Of a stretch of 64,000 bases of DNA, positions 1 to 12,689 are shown piece by piece. The DNA comes from Neoconidiobolus thromboides FSU 785. Taxonomy: Eukaryota > Fungi > Entomophthoromycota. Under the pieces are notes generated by a model. It was not told the DNA's origin. It searched no databases and was given only the letters and a program-made list of their open reading frames with translations. Position 1 is the stretch's first letter; each line of letters starts with the position of its first letter. The DNA lies in contig MU626354.1 of the NCBI GenBank assembly GCA_025603075.1, positions 17,311 to 81,310 of the forward strand, written 5' to 3'. Both the position numbers and the translations under genes were made by a program.

Positions 1-484
1 ACCAAAGGATAAACCTTCATTAATATTAGATTATAATCAAATTAACAAAGAAGAAGATGAAAAAGAAGCTATTATTGAAACAGAAAATAACAAAAGAGGA
101 ATTTCAATTATTAATAAAATAGATGATGAAGTTAAATTACCTATAAAACAAGAGAATTCAAATATTCAATCAATAATAAGTAATTCAAATAATGGAAGTA
201 ATCTAACTACAGAGTCTATAATAGAAGAGAACATAACAGAATCAGTACCATCAGTTAATATAGAAATTCAATCTAAAGAAGTCAATATTAATCCAGAATC
301 ATCAAACATAAAACTAGATTCATTACCAATTATTACCCCAAGTAAACCAAGTATATGGGAAAGAGTTAAAGCAAGATTTTTTAGTGGTAGTTTATTGAAA
401 AGATTATTGGGTACTACAACACCTTTGATATTAATTACAGCATTATTTGCTATTTTAGCAAAAAGGAATAGGATTACTTTATGA
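1..484 (+). CDS. 3' end of a gene; low-complexity protein with C-terminal hydrophobic segment (tail-anchor-like)
   Basis: Frame 2 is open from the window edge to TGA 482-484 and ends ...PSIWERVKARFFSGSLLKRLLGTTTPLILITALFAILAKRNRITL*. Confidence 0.6.
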   Translation, partial: PKDKPSLILDYNQINKEEDEKEAIIETENNKRGISIINKIDDEVKLPIKQENSNIQSIISNSNNGSNLTTESIIEENITESVPSVNIEIQSKEVNINPESSNIKLDSLPIITPSKPSIWERVKARFFSGSLLKRLLGTTTPLILITALFAILAKRNRITL

Positions 485-828
485 TGAGAGATTTTATAAA
501 GGAAAATTAAAAGTAATTATTAGATAGGATTAATTTGGAATAAGATATATATTAATTGAAAGTGATGTGATTCTCTTTATAAGTTTTAATATGTAGAGAG
601 AAAGTAATAATTAGATTTGGAAGTGAATAAGTAAATAAAGCTAAGTTTAATTAGTTGATTTTTTTATAATAAAATATAGTTTTAATAGTTACTTATTTAT
701 TGTTTTATTAATTGATTATAGCTTATCTTTATTCGATCATTTATTTCAAAATGCATTATAAATAAAACTATAAATATTAGTAGTTTCCATTATAATAATA
801 ATTCTTTTTTAATAGTAGAGATATTCAA

Positions 829-1478
829 ATGAATTGGATGGGAGGTAAAGGGTAAATATTTAATTAACTATTCAATAATAATATAAATTCAAACAACTCA
901 AATAGTTTTAAAAATCGAAATATTAAGGATCGATTAGCTAGTTTAAATGAAAATAAAAAACAAACAAACTATTTGAATTTAAATGAAGATGCTATTGATA
1001 TTCAAATATTAAATAAACCAATTTTAAATTATTTTCAAGAATCTGAAAATAATGATAACAATAAAGATGATAATAATCACAGTACAAATATTGAGTTAGA
1101 AAATAATAGTCAAATATTAAGTTCTGATCAATTGATTGAAAGTGAACAAGTCAATATTAATGTATTTAATGAGATAGAGAATAGGTAAATTATATTAAAT
1201 AAAATTAGTTATGATTTTAAGTTCAATTTTAATTTTAATTTAAAGGAATTCTACACCAAATAATACTAATAAAACCAATAAAGATTCCATAACTGATGAA
1301 AAGGTAATTATATTAATTAAAACTAGAACATTAGTATTGCCATTAATAATCAATTAAGATTCAAAATCTTCACTTTGAAAAACAATACAATACAATATTT
1401 ACCACAGTTGATAATATTTCAAACCAGTTAATTCAATTAAAAGCTCAATTAAAACAATTAAAACAAACATTCAATTAA
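829..1478 (+). CDS. Small spliced hypothetical protein (~150 aa, 3 introns), N-terminus MNWMGG
   Basis: ATG 829; GT-AG introns (first 852-905) join in phase to ORF 973-1188 and two further exons; TAA 1476-1478. Confidence 0.55.
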
Positions 1479-1621
1479 ATATCAATTTAAATGTACTTAT
1501 TTCATTTCCTTAGCCATAATAAAACTCAAACCAATTAATCACTATAATTTTAATTATTCAAATGTATCATTTTTATATATAAAAAAGATTGGATTATAAG
1601 ATGATTATTTAAAAATAGTAA

Positions 1622-4596
1622 TTATAAATATTCCACATAGTTACTTGGAAATTGACCAGTAACTCCATTTAAAGTACCTAAAAATAGTTAATAAATAAAT
1701 TATTATTATTATTATGATATATATAATAAAGTACCTTCACTCCATCCAGAATCATCTTCTGCTTTAGTAAGTGTAATAATATCTCCTACACATATATTTA
1801 AATCATATTCCGACTGCGCTTCAAAATCATATAATACACGAACTAATCAAAATAAAAAAATTAGAAATAAACTTTTATTTCAATATCAATATCATTAAAA
1901 TTTACCTTGAATTACTTCTGATGGGGCATTAACATGATCAGGAATATTACTTTGATCTCCTTCTATTTCAATATAAGTTCCTGGTACAAGTCCTGTATTA
2001 CCATTTGACATTGCTTTTACCCACCCTGACCCATCATCTCCTTCAGTAATTTCAATCATAGTCCCCGCAGTTATACTTAGTTCATTATCATCACTAGCCT
2101 CATAAGAATATAATACTTTAGCCATAGGATATATTCCTTGTATATGTGATTGGTTATTTATTTCTCCTACAGAATGTTGACTATCAATTGACGAATGGTG
2201 AGTAAGAGATATAGGAGTTGATAGAACTGGAGAATGTAAATTTGAGCCTCCAAATTCAGGTGTTTGTGGTTGAATAAATTGATCCGGTATAGGTTGACGT
2301 AAATTATGAGAAGGTAAATTATCACTTGTTGAATTTTTTAGAAAGGGAGCTGTTTTATCTATGTTATAAATAAATTAATAAAATATTGATTGATAGTGAG
2401 ATAAAATATAAACTAATATTACCTTTTAATGTGTTAAAATCCATTTGCTCTTTTCTTATTGATTTTGCACCTCCTTTAATCTGCGTACAATTTGGAGGTA
2501 CTTTGAATTCACAATTGGCATGACAATTATATTTACAATCTAATTATAATTATAATTATTATTATTATTATTATATAAAGTAATCTACCAATTACCTTTA
2601 CAAGTAGAACCATGTCGATTTAAACCCCAGATACTATTTTCACAATAATCACAAGTAGTTGGTATTGTAAATGAAGTAGTTTTAAAATCATGTTTAATAC
2701 CATTTAAATTATATTGTCCAATACTATTTGATATTAATTGATTTTCAGTTAATGAGGTTAATTCTTGATTTTTTAATATAACTAATTCTCGCCAAGTTTC
2801 AGATAATTTCTATTAAAAATTTAAATTATTAATACAATCAATATATTATTTGATATTAAATATACTATACTATAATATAATATAATATTTTTAGAATTAC
2901 CTCATATATTTGTTCCCCATTATTTTCTAAGCTTGGATTAAGATCAAATTGTGAATATTCTAATTTTAATTGTTCAACTTCTTCTTGTTTTTGTAATATT
3001 TGATTTTTCATTTCATTTAATTCCATTTCGTTTTTATTCATTTTATTAAATAAATAAACTTTACTAGAATACTCATCAATCAATTGATTCTAAATAAATA
3101 GTTGTATAAGTATAGAATTATTATATATTATATATTATATATTATTATTAATTTACATCTTCCGCAAATTGTCCAAAACTAGTAAATTGAAAATCACCTG
3201 GTGGAGCCCAATTGGATGGATTATTATTTATAAATGATTTTGATTCTAACTTTTTATCTACTTTATTGACAGACAGTTTTAAATTATCTAAATTTAATTT
3301 AGAATCATTAAAACAGTTGGATTCTAATTGAATGTAATGGAACCAAAAAGATTTTATATGTTCCATCCAATATTCATTTAATGTTTGATAAAACTAAAAA
3401 TAATATTAATATATTATTTATATATTATTTATATTTATATTAACTTACATTTAATAATTCTGGTACATCCATAGTATAATGTTTATTTTTGTGTTGATTA
3501 GCTACTTCAACTGCTAATATATATAAATTCTAAAACGAAAATATTATGGTTATCTTTAATTTAATAAATAAATAAATAAATTAAACTTACTTTGTTATTA
3601 TTTCTATCAATAACATCTTGATAATATTGTTTTTGTAACTAATTAAATTAACAAAAATGAATATTAATATTATTAACATTATTTAATTAACCTTATCTAA
3701 TACTTTAGTTTCCATTGTTCTTTCTTGCTTAATTTGACTAGTTATTACTTCATTACAACTTTCATCATATTTTGATTTCAACTAAATCAAATTAAAATGG
3801 AAAAATTATTTCTCAATTAGTATAATTATATATTATAATTTAACTTACTTTATCTTTTTCATTATAAATTTTATCTCTTTCATCTGTGATTTTTTTACTA
3901 AAATTAAACAACTAATAAAAAAGAAAGTATAGATATTAATTAATATTGATTTTTATCCCTGTTATATAAAAAACAATAATAAACAATAATAAAAACTTAC
4001 TTTTTTCCTTTCTTCTTCCACTTTATTAGCTAACATTTTCAATGGATCCGCAATATCAGTAACTAAATATTCTGACAAAACTGCCCTTTCTCCTGCTATT
4101 TTTTCAGTATCCGAAAATAAATTATTTAACCCTTGTAATAAAGTACTATAATAATAATAATAATTGAAACATTATTATATTTCATTATTATATTTCATTA
4201 TTATTATTATTTAATATTACCTATTTTCATCTAACATTATACCACCTTCATTTCCCTTCACACTACTAATAGTACCACTTAGACTTATTGCATCAAAGGA
4301 GCCTCCACCTCCACCATGACTTGGTGCAAATGGATCTCGATTGATATTAGATAAATTGAATATCTTTTTATTTCGATATTTCTTAATTAAATTTTCTAAT
4401 TTGTTAGAATACTCTTTTTCTAGTTGACTTTTTTCTTTAATGTATTCTCGAAATTCTAATAAAAATTGAGAAGCTTGAACTAATTGTTTGTTTACTAGAG
4501 GGAGTTGACTTTTCTATATAAAGGAGCTTAGGGTATAAGTATGATAAATAGAAGAAATATAGAACTTACTGTCAAATGTTCACCATAAGTAGTCAT
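1622..4596 (-). CDS. BZZ1: F-BAR / C1 / SH3-SH3 endocytic adaptor (Bzz1 family), multi-intron
   Basis: Start MTTYGEHLT then gtaagt intron; F-BAR-like ...EFREYIKEKSQLEKEYS; C1 HDFKTTSFTIPTTCDYC; SH3 AKVLYSYEASDDNELSI...GLVPGTY; second SH3 ending GQFPSNYVEYL*. Confidence 0.85.
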
Positions 4597-5038
4597 TTTT
4601 TGAATGTTGTTTTATAATAATTGATAATAAAGCTTGGAATTTATTTTAATTTAATTTATTTTAATGTTGGTTTTATTTTAAAACAAGTTTTAGAATGTTT
4701 GATTGGTTTATTGATTAGTTTGATGACTTAATTTTAGATTAAGTTTAATAAAAATAACAGTAATAAAAATGATTTAATTATTGTTAATAATGATAGTAAT
4801 AATATAAGTTAAAAATATCAATACATAGGAAATGTGTTATTTCTATTTATCAGTAATAAGCTATTGAATTTTCATTAATAATTAAAGTTCAATATAAAGT
4901 ATAAGTTTCACTTATAATAAATAAGGGATTGATTTTGATAAATACTCCGTCAATTTAATAAATAAAAAGACTAATTACAAATTTTATCCGAATTTTCATT
5001 TGCTTTATCTTTCATTTCATTTTTAAATCATAAAATAA

Positions 5039-5921
5039 ATGTCAATAGAATTACAAGAAATAGTCATTAATACAAATGAACAGTCTTCTAATACAATACT
5101 TGATACAACAACAACAGATTCAAGTTTAAATCCTAATACATTACCCACTTACCATGAGTCTTTATCTTCTAATAATAATTTAAATACCATATCATTGAGA
5201 GATACAGCTCCGATTATAATAATTCATCAATTAAATCATACTGATATTTCATTAAATAGTAATATTTTATTCATAATATTAATAATAATATTAACATTAA
5301 TAATCCCTATTAACTATATTTATTATTAGCATCTCAATCTAATCAAAATGAAAAGTAATTTTTTAATCTATTTTATTAATTTTATTATTTATTGCTAACC
5401 CTCTATTTAAGTTCTATTACCAGTCCCTCTTATCCACCAACAGCAATGGCCACCAATCCCTCATCTTCACCTTCCCTCTCCTCAGATCCCTATATCACTG
5501 AAATTGTATATGAAATTGAACCTGCTCCAGCAAGTGAAACACTTTGCTCAATACCAGCAATGTTATTTTTATTAGGTTGTGTCTTCCCACCTTTTTGGTT
5601 AATAGGAACGGGATTCTTAGTTAAATCCGAACCTGAGTCTTTAACTAGAGCTTATGCCATTATTTGTTTATTTTTAAGTTTTATATTTTTAAGTTTTTTT
5701 ATTACTGTATTGGTTAAGTAAGTGAATGAAATTTAATTGATATTGTTTTTAATAAATAAAATACTAACGATTTTTCTTACTATATTCTTACTATAGTGCC
5801 CTTCTAAATCCCGAAAAGGTAAGTAGATAAAATTATTTTGGAGTTATGATTATTTGATTATGATTATTAACTATTTGTTTAGTCTGCTGTATTTTTAAAA
5901 GATTTAGTTACTTGGCAATAA
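5039..5921 (+). CDS. Membrane protein with disordered N-terminus (LPTY motif) and two C-terminal TM helices; track ORFs 5039 and 5392 are one gene with 4 introns
   Basis: In-phase GT-AG joins (acceptors 5329, 5411 after GCTAAC branch, ~5796, 5882); motif LFLLGCVFPPFWLIG; TAA 5919-5921. Confidence 0.6.
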
Positions 5922-6577
5922 GGGGGGTAATCGAAATATTGGAAATAATATCAAAGTAAAGAGAAAGACAAGATTATTAGTACTTTATGAAATTTGAAGG
6001 TAAATCAAATCAAACATTTGAGTTTTTATTTCTTATTAATTTGTTTGTTTGTTTATTACTTAGTAAGTGATGTCTCTATAAGATTTAATTCTCTGGTAGT
6101 AAATATAAGAGTTAAATAATAGAAGTATATCGGATAAGAATTGAGTTCTTGCAATTGAATTGTAAATAATCATTAAATAAAGAAAAAGTACATAATTTAA
6201 AATGAACATCATTATTATTATTATATAAAGTTAAGTATAATTAGGTTTCATAAAAATCAATTACATTTACTTTTAACTTTTTGGAAATTAAATGAAACAA
6301 AAAAGTGTACTGTAAAATTAATATTACCTTAATTATCAAATTCTCAGATCCCATTAAAGAATAATTAAAAAAAGCGAAATGTGCCTAATTTCGTTTTTGT
6401 TGATTTTATAAAAAAATAGCCTTTTTATTGAATATATATATAATTTATAAGAAAAAAGGTAGTATCATGAAAAACGATGCGAAGATAAAATTGAATATTG
6501 TAACTATTACCGTTTGACTAGTTCAATAACATAAGATTCTAAAAGTTCGACCAACATAGTACTATTATCTACCCTAT

Positions 6578-7163
6578 TTAAGCTACCTGTGTATTGACTC
6601 TTTTCTTTTTATAATCATTGATAGCGGACTTAATAGCGTCTTCAGCAAGCACTAAAAAAAATTCTATTAATACCTTTTTCTATTTAATTCAAATTCAAAT
6701 TCACTTACTGGAACAATGCAATTTAACAGGAGGCAATGACAATTCCTTGGCAATATGTGTATTTTTAATAGCAGAAGCTTCATCCAAAGTCATACCTTGA
6801 ACCATTTCGGTCATAAAACTAGAAGATGCAATAGCTGAGCCACAACCAAATGTTTTAAATTTAGCTTCAATGATTTTACCACTGGATTCATCTACTCGGA
6901 TTTGAAGTTTCATAACATCACCACAGGCGGGTGCTCCAACTAAACCAGTCCCAACATCAATATCATTTTTGTTTAAAGAACCAACATTTCGTGGACGTTC
7001 GTAATGGTCAATAACCTAGATAAGAGATAATAGGTAAAATGAAGCGATTATTCAATGTATATAAATTATAAGTTACCTTTTCATGATAAAACCTTTGGGT
7101 TAAGATTTTAGATGTAAATTTTGGTTTTAATAAATGAGCTTGGGATTTTAATAAAGTAAACAT
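6578..7163 (-). CDS. ISU1: Mitochondrial Fe-S cluster scaffold IscU/Isu1
   Basis: Presequence-like exon 1, then VIDHYERPRNVGS...GAPACGDVMKLQI...KTFGCGSAIASS...LPPVKLHCSMLAEDAIK; 2 introns. Confidence 0.96.
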
Positions 7164-8563
7164 CTTTTTTTGAATGATATATTGTTTGTTATAAAAAATG
7201 TAAAGCTTTAAAAACTTTCACTCTTTTTACTTTATATCTTAAACATGGTGAACAATAAGGTCATCTTTGATTGGCTGTTACTCATACTAAGTAAACGCAT
7301 TTTTGTTTTGCGAAATCGAGGATTGAAATAATATTTATACTAATTATATGTAGTAAATTAAAAATGATTGGTTAATATGAAGTTGTTCAGCTTAAAGTTT
7401 ATCGGTTTTGTAAGGAATAAAAATCATGATTTTATTTAGTCCAATTAAAATTTTTAAATTATTAAAAATTGATGTGATAAAAAAAGAAGTATTTCAATTC
7501 CAATGATTAAGGATAAGATAGTAAAATAGTTTATAATCTTTTTTTCATTTAAGAGATGAAGTGTTCTTATCTTTTTTATATCATCTTTAAAATATTAACA
7601 TAGAATTGAGATCAATAACGTATGTATTTTCATTAAATATTAATTCCATTTTTAAAAACTTAAATAATTTTAATTGATTCAATCAAATATGAAAAAAGTA
7701 AGTTTCTTATAAGATTATCTGATCAATGAAATCAGATTACAATCAATAATGGAATTAATTTTCTAATTAGTAATCCAATATTCTAATAGGTTAATTGAAT
7801 TAAATTTATTCTTTAAAAGAAATTAGAATAAAATTTTTTGATGAAGTTAAATTTTTGAAAGATGCTAGTATTTTTTCATGTTTGTCCTATTAGTCATAGT
7901 TTCGGGTTATTAAACTTTTGTCTTGAAAAGTTACTTTGGGATCAAGTTATTTTAATTGAATTGATAGTGATTAAATTTTTGATAAAATTTAAAGTACACT
8001 TTAATATTGAGGTGACGGTTAGGGTTATATCTTATAAAAATGTCTTTATTAAAGTTGTAAAAAGAGCAGTTTGTTAATTCTAAACTAAATCACTAACCAA
8101 GCAAACCACAATAGACTTAGCTCGATATGTGACTGTTGATAAACAAAATTTCAAAAACCCAAATTCAAATCCTTGAGATATCACTGCTATCTGATATAGA
8201 GATGTAAAGTAGAGAGCAACGAAATTCGATAAATATGAAGCTTTCACATGACAATTTGTATTAAATCTTATTTTTTAGGTATACTAATTGAATCATTTAT
8301 AGTTGTATCATATAAAATAGTAATAGGATAATAGTTGGAAGCATATTTTTTTGTTCAAAGACTTAATACATTATCTGGCTTTTTGACTGCATAAAAAATG
8401 AATAAATAAATGGAAGTAAAAGAGTATTTCTATACTAATTTTATCAAATATTACATTTATTATTGTTATTTAGTAAAAAATTAACTTAAATAGGTAGAGC
8501 TCAATTTTAAAAAAATCAGTTTTTATAAACTTATTAACAGATTTACTTTAGAACTTAATATAT

Positions 8564-8662
8564 GGGAGTGTTTTTTTTGACTTCATTATTTTTTCCATTT
8601 TTTAAGCGCTATTTAAGCGGAAAATTTGTTAGTAAAATTCTTAAACACAAAAATACACCCCC
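8564..8662 (+). mobile_element. ~99-bp MITE copy
   Basis: GGGAGTG...CACCCCC termini, TSD ATAT/ATAT, internal AAGCGCTATTTAAGCGGAAAA core. Confidence 0.9.
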
Positions 8663-8754
8663 ATATCTTTCCACAATTTAAAAGTATTATTTTTAAACTT
8701 TGAAATGCAAAGTCTTTAGATGTTTTTATAAAACAAATATATATAAAAGCAAAA

Positions 8755-8864
8755 AGATAATAGATAATAGATAATAGATAATAGATAATAGATAATAGAT
8801 AATAGATAATAGATAATAGATAATAGATAATAGATAATAGATAATAGATAATAGATAATAGATA
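8755..8864. repeat. (AGATAAT)n tandem repeat, ~15-16 units
   Basis: Perfect 7-mer array read directly. Confidence 0.97.
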
Positions 8865-10242
8865 AATGAATGTTAAACAAAGGGTGAAGATATTAGATTT
8901 TAGAAAGCAACCGAACTCAATAACAACAATGTTAAATAAAATAAGATTAATCTAAAAGATTAATACTTTGTTCTATGTAAATTAGATATGACACAGAAAG
9001 GTTACAGCATAAACTAAAGTTGAAATATTGTTAACTGGTAACTTAATATGGTAGAATTGGATTAATCATAGGTTGATTGAGTCTATAAAGCCTAAGAAGA
9101 CATTAAAAAATAGAAATAAGCTTGGGTTAGTTGTAAGGGTTTTAAATTTAAGTAATTTAGAAAATGAATAGGATACTAAATAAAGTATATTAATGTTTAA
9201 GTTTATTTCTAGCATAATAAAATCAAATAAATATAATACAAAGCATAGATATATTGCAAATATATATGTTATTAACTGAAAATTAAAATTTTGATTTTAG
9301 TTTTAATACTTTTCTATTTTAAAGTAAAAGCGATGTAGAAATTATTCCTTTGTTTTTTCTATTTTATTCATTTTTACTGAAATCCAAATTTAAATATTTT
9401 TTATTCTTAATTCTAAAAAACGTTCCAACATAAACATATTTCAAAAGTTCCTTTTTCTATCTAGATCAGTATGACGTTGTGATTACTTAAATGAGAAGTG
9501 AATGGAAATGGTTAAGAAAAAGGGATAGTGATGTTGAAATAGATCAGTTTGTTCTTATAATAATGTTAGAATGATATTAAAACTTGGTTATAAAAAAAAC
9601 TCAGATGACTTCTTTTTCTTTTATTGATACCTCAAATTATATATGCTATCAAAAGAAATTTTTTTAGTTACGTTTCTTCTTAGCTTAAATACTATTACAT
9701 ATTAACTCCTAATAATGACTTTGATATATAGCAATATTAAATTTAAATCGCAATTTAAGTATCAATATTTGAATAGATTTTATTATGATTAGCTCCCACT
9801 GAAATCGGGGATCATGGGAATACTTATACGTATGTAGTTGTCTCTAGAAGCTGTATTGAGATTGCTTATGATGTCCCATTTTTTGGACCATTTTATACTA
9901 TAAGTATGAGAGCTGCTATGATTGAATTAAATTAAGTTTTATAATAAAGAGTATAAATTTTATGTGAACGAGTTGAATTACTATGGTATTAATATTTAAT
10001 AAAGCATGTTCAAGTAAGTTTAATAGTTTACTTTATATCCCATACCTTGTTATATAAAATTATTAAATTGATAAAAAAGTCCATAGAGTAAAAATTAAAC
10101 TTTAATTAAAACTATTATTTATCTTATTAATTTAAAACAAAAAAAACTTCCACTTAATAATATCCATTATTAAGTTGACATAAAAAACTATTGACTACTG
10201 TTAAAACATTTCTTAAAAACATCGATCAAACATAATAATACA

Positions 10243-11608
10243 TTAAAATGGCAAACCCCCTTGAGAAGAGCCACTGTGACCTCTTCTATGATTAGCCCTA
10301 GCACGAACATTAGGTGATCGACTTCTTTCTATGTTATGAGTACTTGTTCTCCTTGAAGTTCTAAAAGATTCACGTTCTGAACCATCAGGCATAAGTGTAC
10401 GAGAAGTTGAATAAACTCTATCTCTTGGATTGTAATAAGGAGATTGAGGATGTGAAGGGCGTCTAGGAGTGGATAAAGTATTTACTCCTGATATAAAACT
10501 TAAAGAAGGACGTCTAGAAGATACTGAGTTTGTTGATGGTGCTAATGTATTGAAAAGTGGATGTTGTGGGTTAGAAGCTCGTGAAAAGACTAATTCTGGA
10601 TTAGCTGAGGCTTCACTTGGTTGATTGATATAGTCTATACCAGCTCGATAATTTAAAAAGGGATTTTGTATATTCGATGGTCGTCTTGATGTATTTATAG
10701 TTTCTCCATTCATCCCTAAACCATGTCTAAAAAATGATATACGTCTTGCTACCGCTAACTGATGTTGAAATGCACTTACATGGGGTAAGGAACTACGTCT
10801 GTTAAGTAAATGTGGAGGAAGTGATTCTGAATTAGCTGTTTGATTATTTGTTTCATTTGAAAATACTGGATTATTTGAATTAAAAGGTGAGATACTGTTG
10901 GCTCCATTAGTATTTCCCTCAACTGATTCTGGTGGGTTATTATTATTATAATAGCTTTGGGGCAAAAAGAGATGAGCATTTCCTGATCCCTCTTGTTCAG
11001 GATTTGAATGTTGATTGCTTAATGTTTCATTAAGTAGTGCACGATCGTGTAATGTTTGATTACTCATAGATTGTGTAAGTAAAGCGTGATTTCTTGAATG
11101 TATTGCTCTTAAGAAATTATCTTCAAAAACGGGCCGTCTTTCTCCATCTGGAAAATAAGCCATTCTTGATCTCCGTCTTCTAAAAGGATTTGGTTCCTCT
11201 ACAGTCTGGTTATACACGTTGAATAATGGATCAGTTCTTTCTTCATCTCTATTTACATTATTTATCGCCAAATCTTCTGGATGATCTATTTCATCTTCAA
11301 CAATATCTGAGCATTCCGCTTCCATATTTTTTCTTATTTTATAACTCTATCAACTAATTTAACTTTAGTATAATAGCAATAATAAATTTACCTTCATGAC
11401 ATAATTAAATAGGTTTGTGGTAGCAACATCTGTTTCACGAAAGTTATCAACAAACTCCTCAAAGCTCATAGAAACATCCTAATCAAATTTAAAACTAAAT
11501 AGATAAATAGTAAATTAAGCTTACATGGTCCGCTTTTGAATTTTCAAATAACAATCTCAGCTTCTCAATTAACTTTTGCTCTGCACTCAATTCAATACTT
11601 TTTCCCAT
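10243..11608 (-). CDS. Hypothetical protein, short helical N-terminus plus long Ser/Asn/Arg-rich disordered region (2 introns)
   Basis: ATG 11608 MGKSIELSAEQK; two phase-0 GT-AG introns join to the 360-aa ORF. Confidence 0.75.
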
Positions 11609-12689
11609 TCTGAATTATTTTTTTAATTTAACAAAAATAAATAATTTTAATTTTTTATTTCTTTCTTCCTCAATCATTTTAACTTGAGTATTTGCTAAAC
11701 ATATTCCAGAATACAAGTTATTTTATTGGATCAAAATTAATAATCATATTTGATTGGTTGCGATCGCTCAAGAATGGCTGCTATTTTATTGATTGGATTA
11801 ACCCACCCAACTTAACTTTTTAAGTGCATCTTCCATACGCTCAATAGATAGCCCCTCGATCAAGCTGCTAATAAAATAATTATTTTATAACAAATTAAAT
11901 GAAATGGAGAAATTAAATAAATAGCAACATTATAGTTTGACTTTGCTTAATTCGACTCACATTAAAAACTTTATTAATGTACTTTAATATCTGTTTTATT
12001 TTTTACAGGATTTGTAGTATATAAAACATTAGAAGTTATTAAAATTAATAGAATTATGATTACTAAATTTATGCTGTTTTGATATTTGTAGCAAATGTAT
12101 CATTTTGAACCTAAAGATTTGTTTTGAAAACTTGAAATTTAATTAAACTGAAATAAATTTAATATAAAAGTAGAAATTTGTTGACTAAATATATGCATTT
12201 TAGTTTAATTGGGGTATGGACAATATTTTATTTTATTTTAAATACAACAGTAAAGCTACCAAATCAGTTTTTATTTTTAGGAATGTAATAGCAAATTTTT
12301 AAATATGAATATTATATAGCAATATAAGACACTGTATCGTCCTTATTTGATTTTCTATAATTTAAAACCTTAGAATAATTCTTATCTTTAAACATTAATG
12401 CTAACAAATTAATAGCACAATAAGCATAACACAATTTTCATAGATAATAAGTAACTAAAGGGGTTTTCCTCTCTTTTCCAGTAGCTGGATTATGACTCTA
12501 ATAAGAATTTAGGCAGGGGTTAACAGTGGGTTCTAGCACATAGCTCTTTATTGATAATGTTTTCACTTAAAATAGTTTTAAAGATAGTTAAAAATGATTG
12601 GGTTAAAAAAATAACATGAATTTTTCGAAAATAAACTTCAAATGTTATTTTTATAAAATTAATTTTAAAATTGACATAGAATGAAATAG

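Noticed and set aside
8009-8018. TAACCCTAAC on the minus strand, resembling a telomerase RNA template
   Set aside because: A 1.5-repeat match in some phase is likely by chance in 64 kb; no pseudoknot or other TER element evident
7460-8260. Possible decayed reading frame on the minus strand
   Set aside because: Stop density (about 1 per 10 codons) is what ~80% AT sequence gives at random
8866-9170. Fragments resembling an F-box/LRR pseudogene (LILCSM, LGLVVRVLNLS)
   Set aside because: Only short motifs in different frames; not supportable without a search
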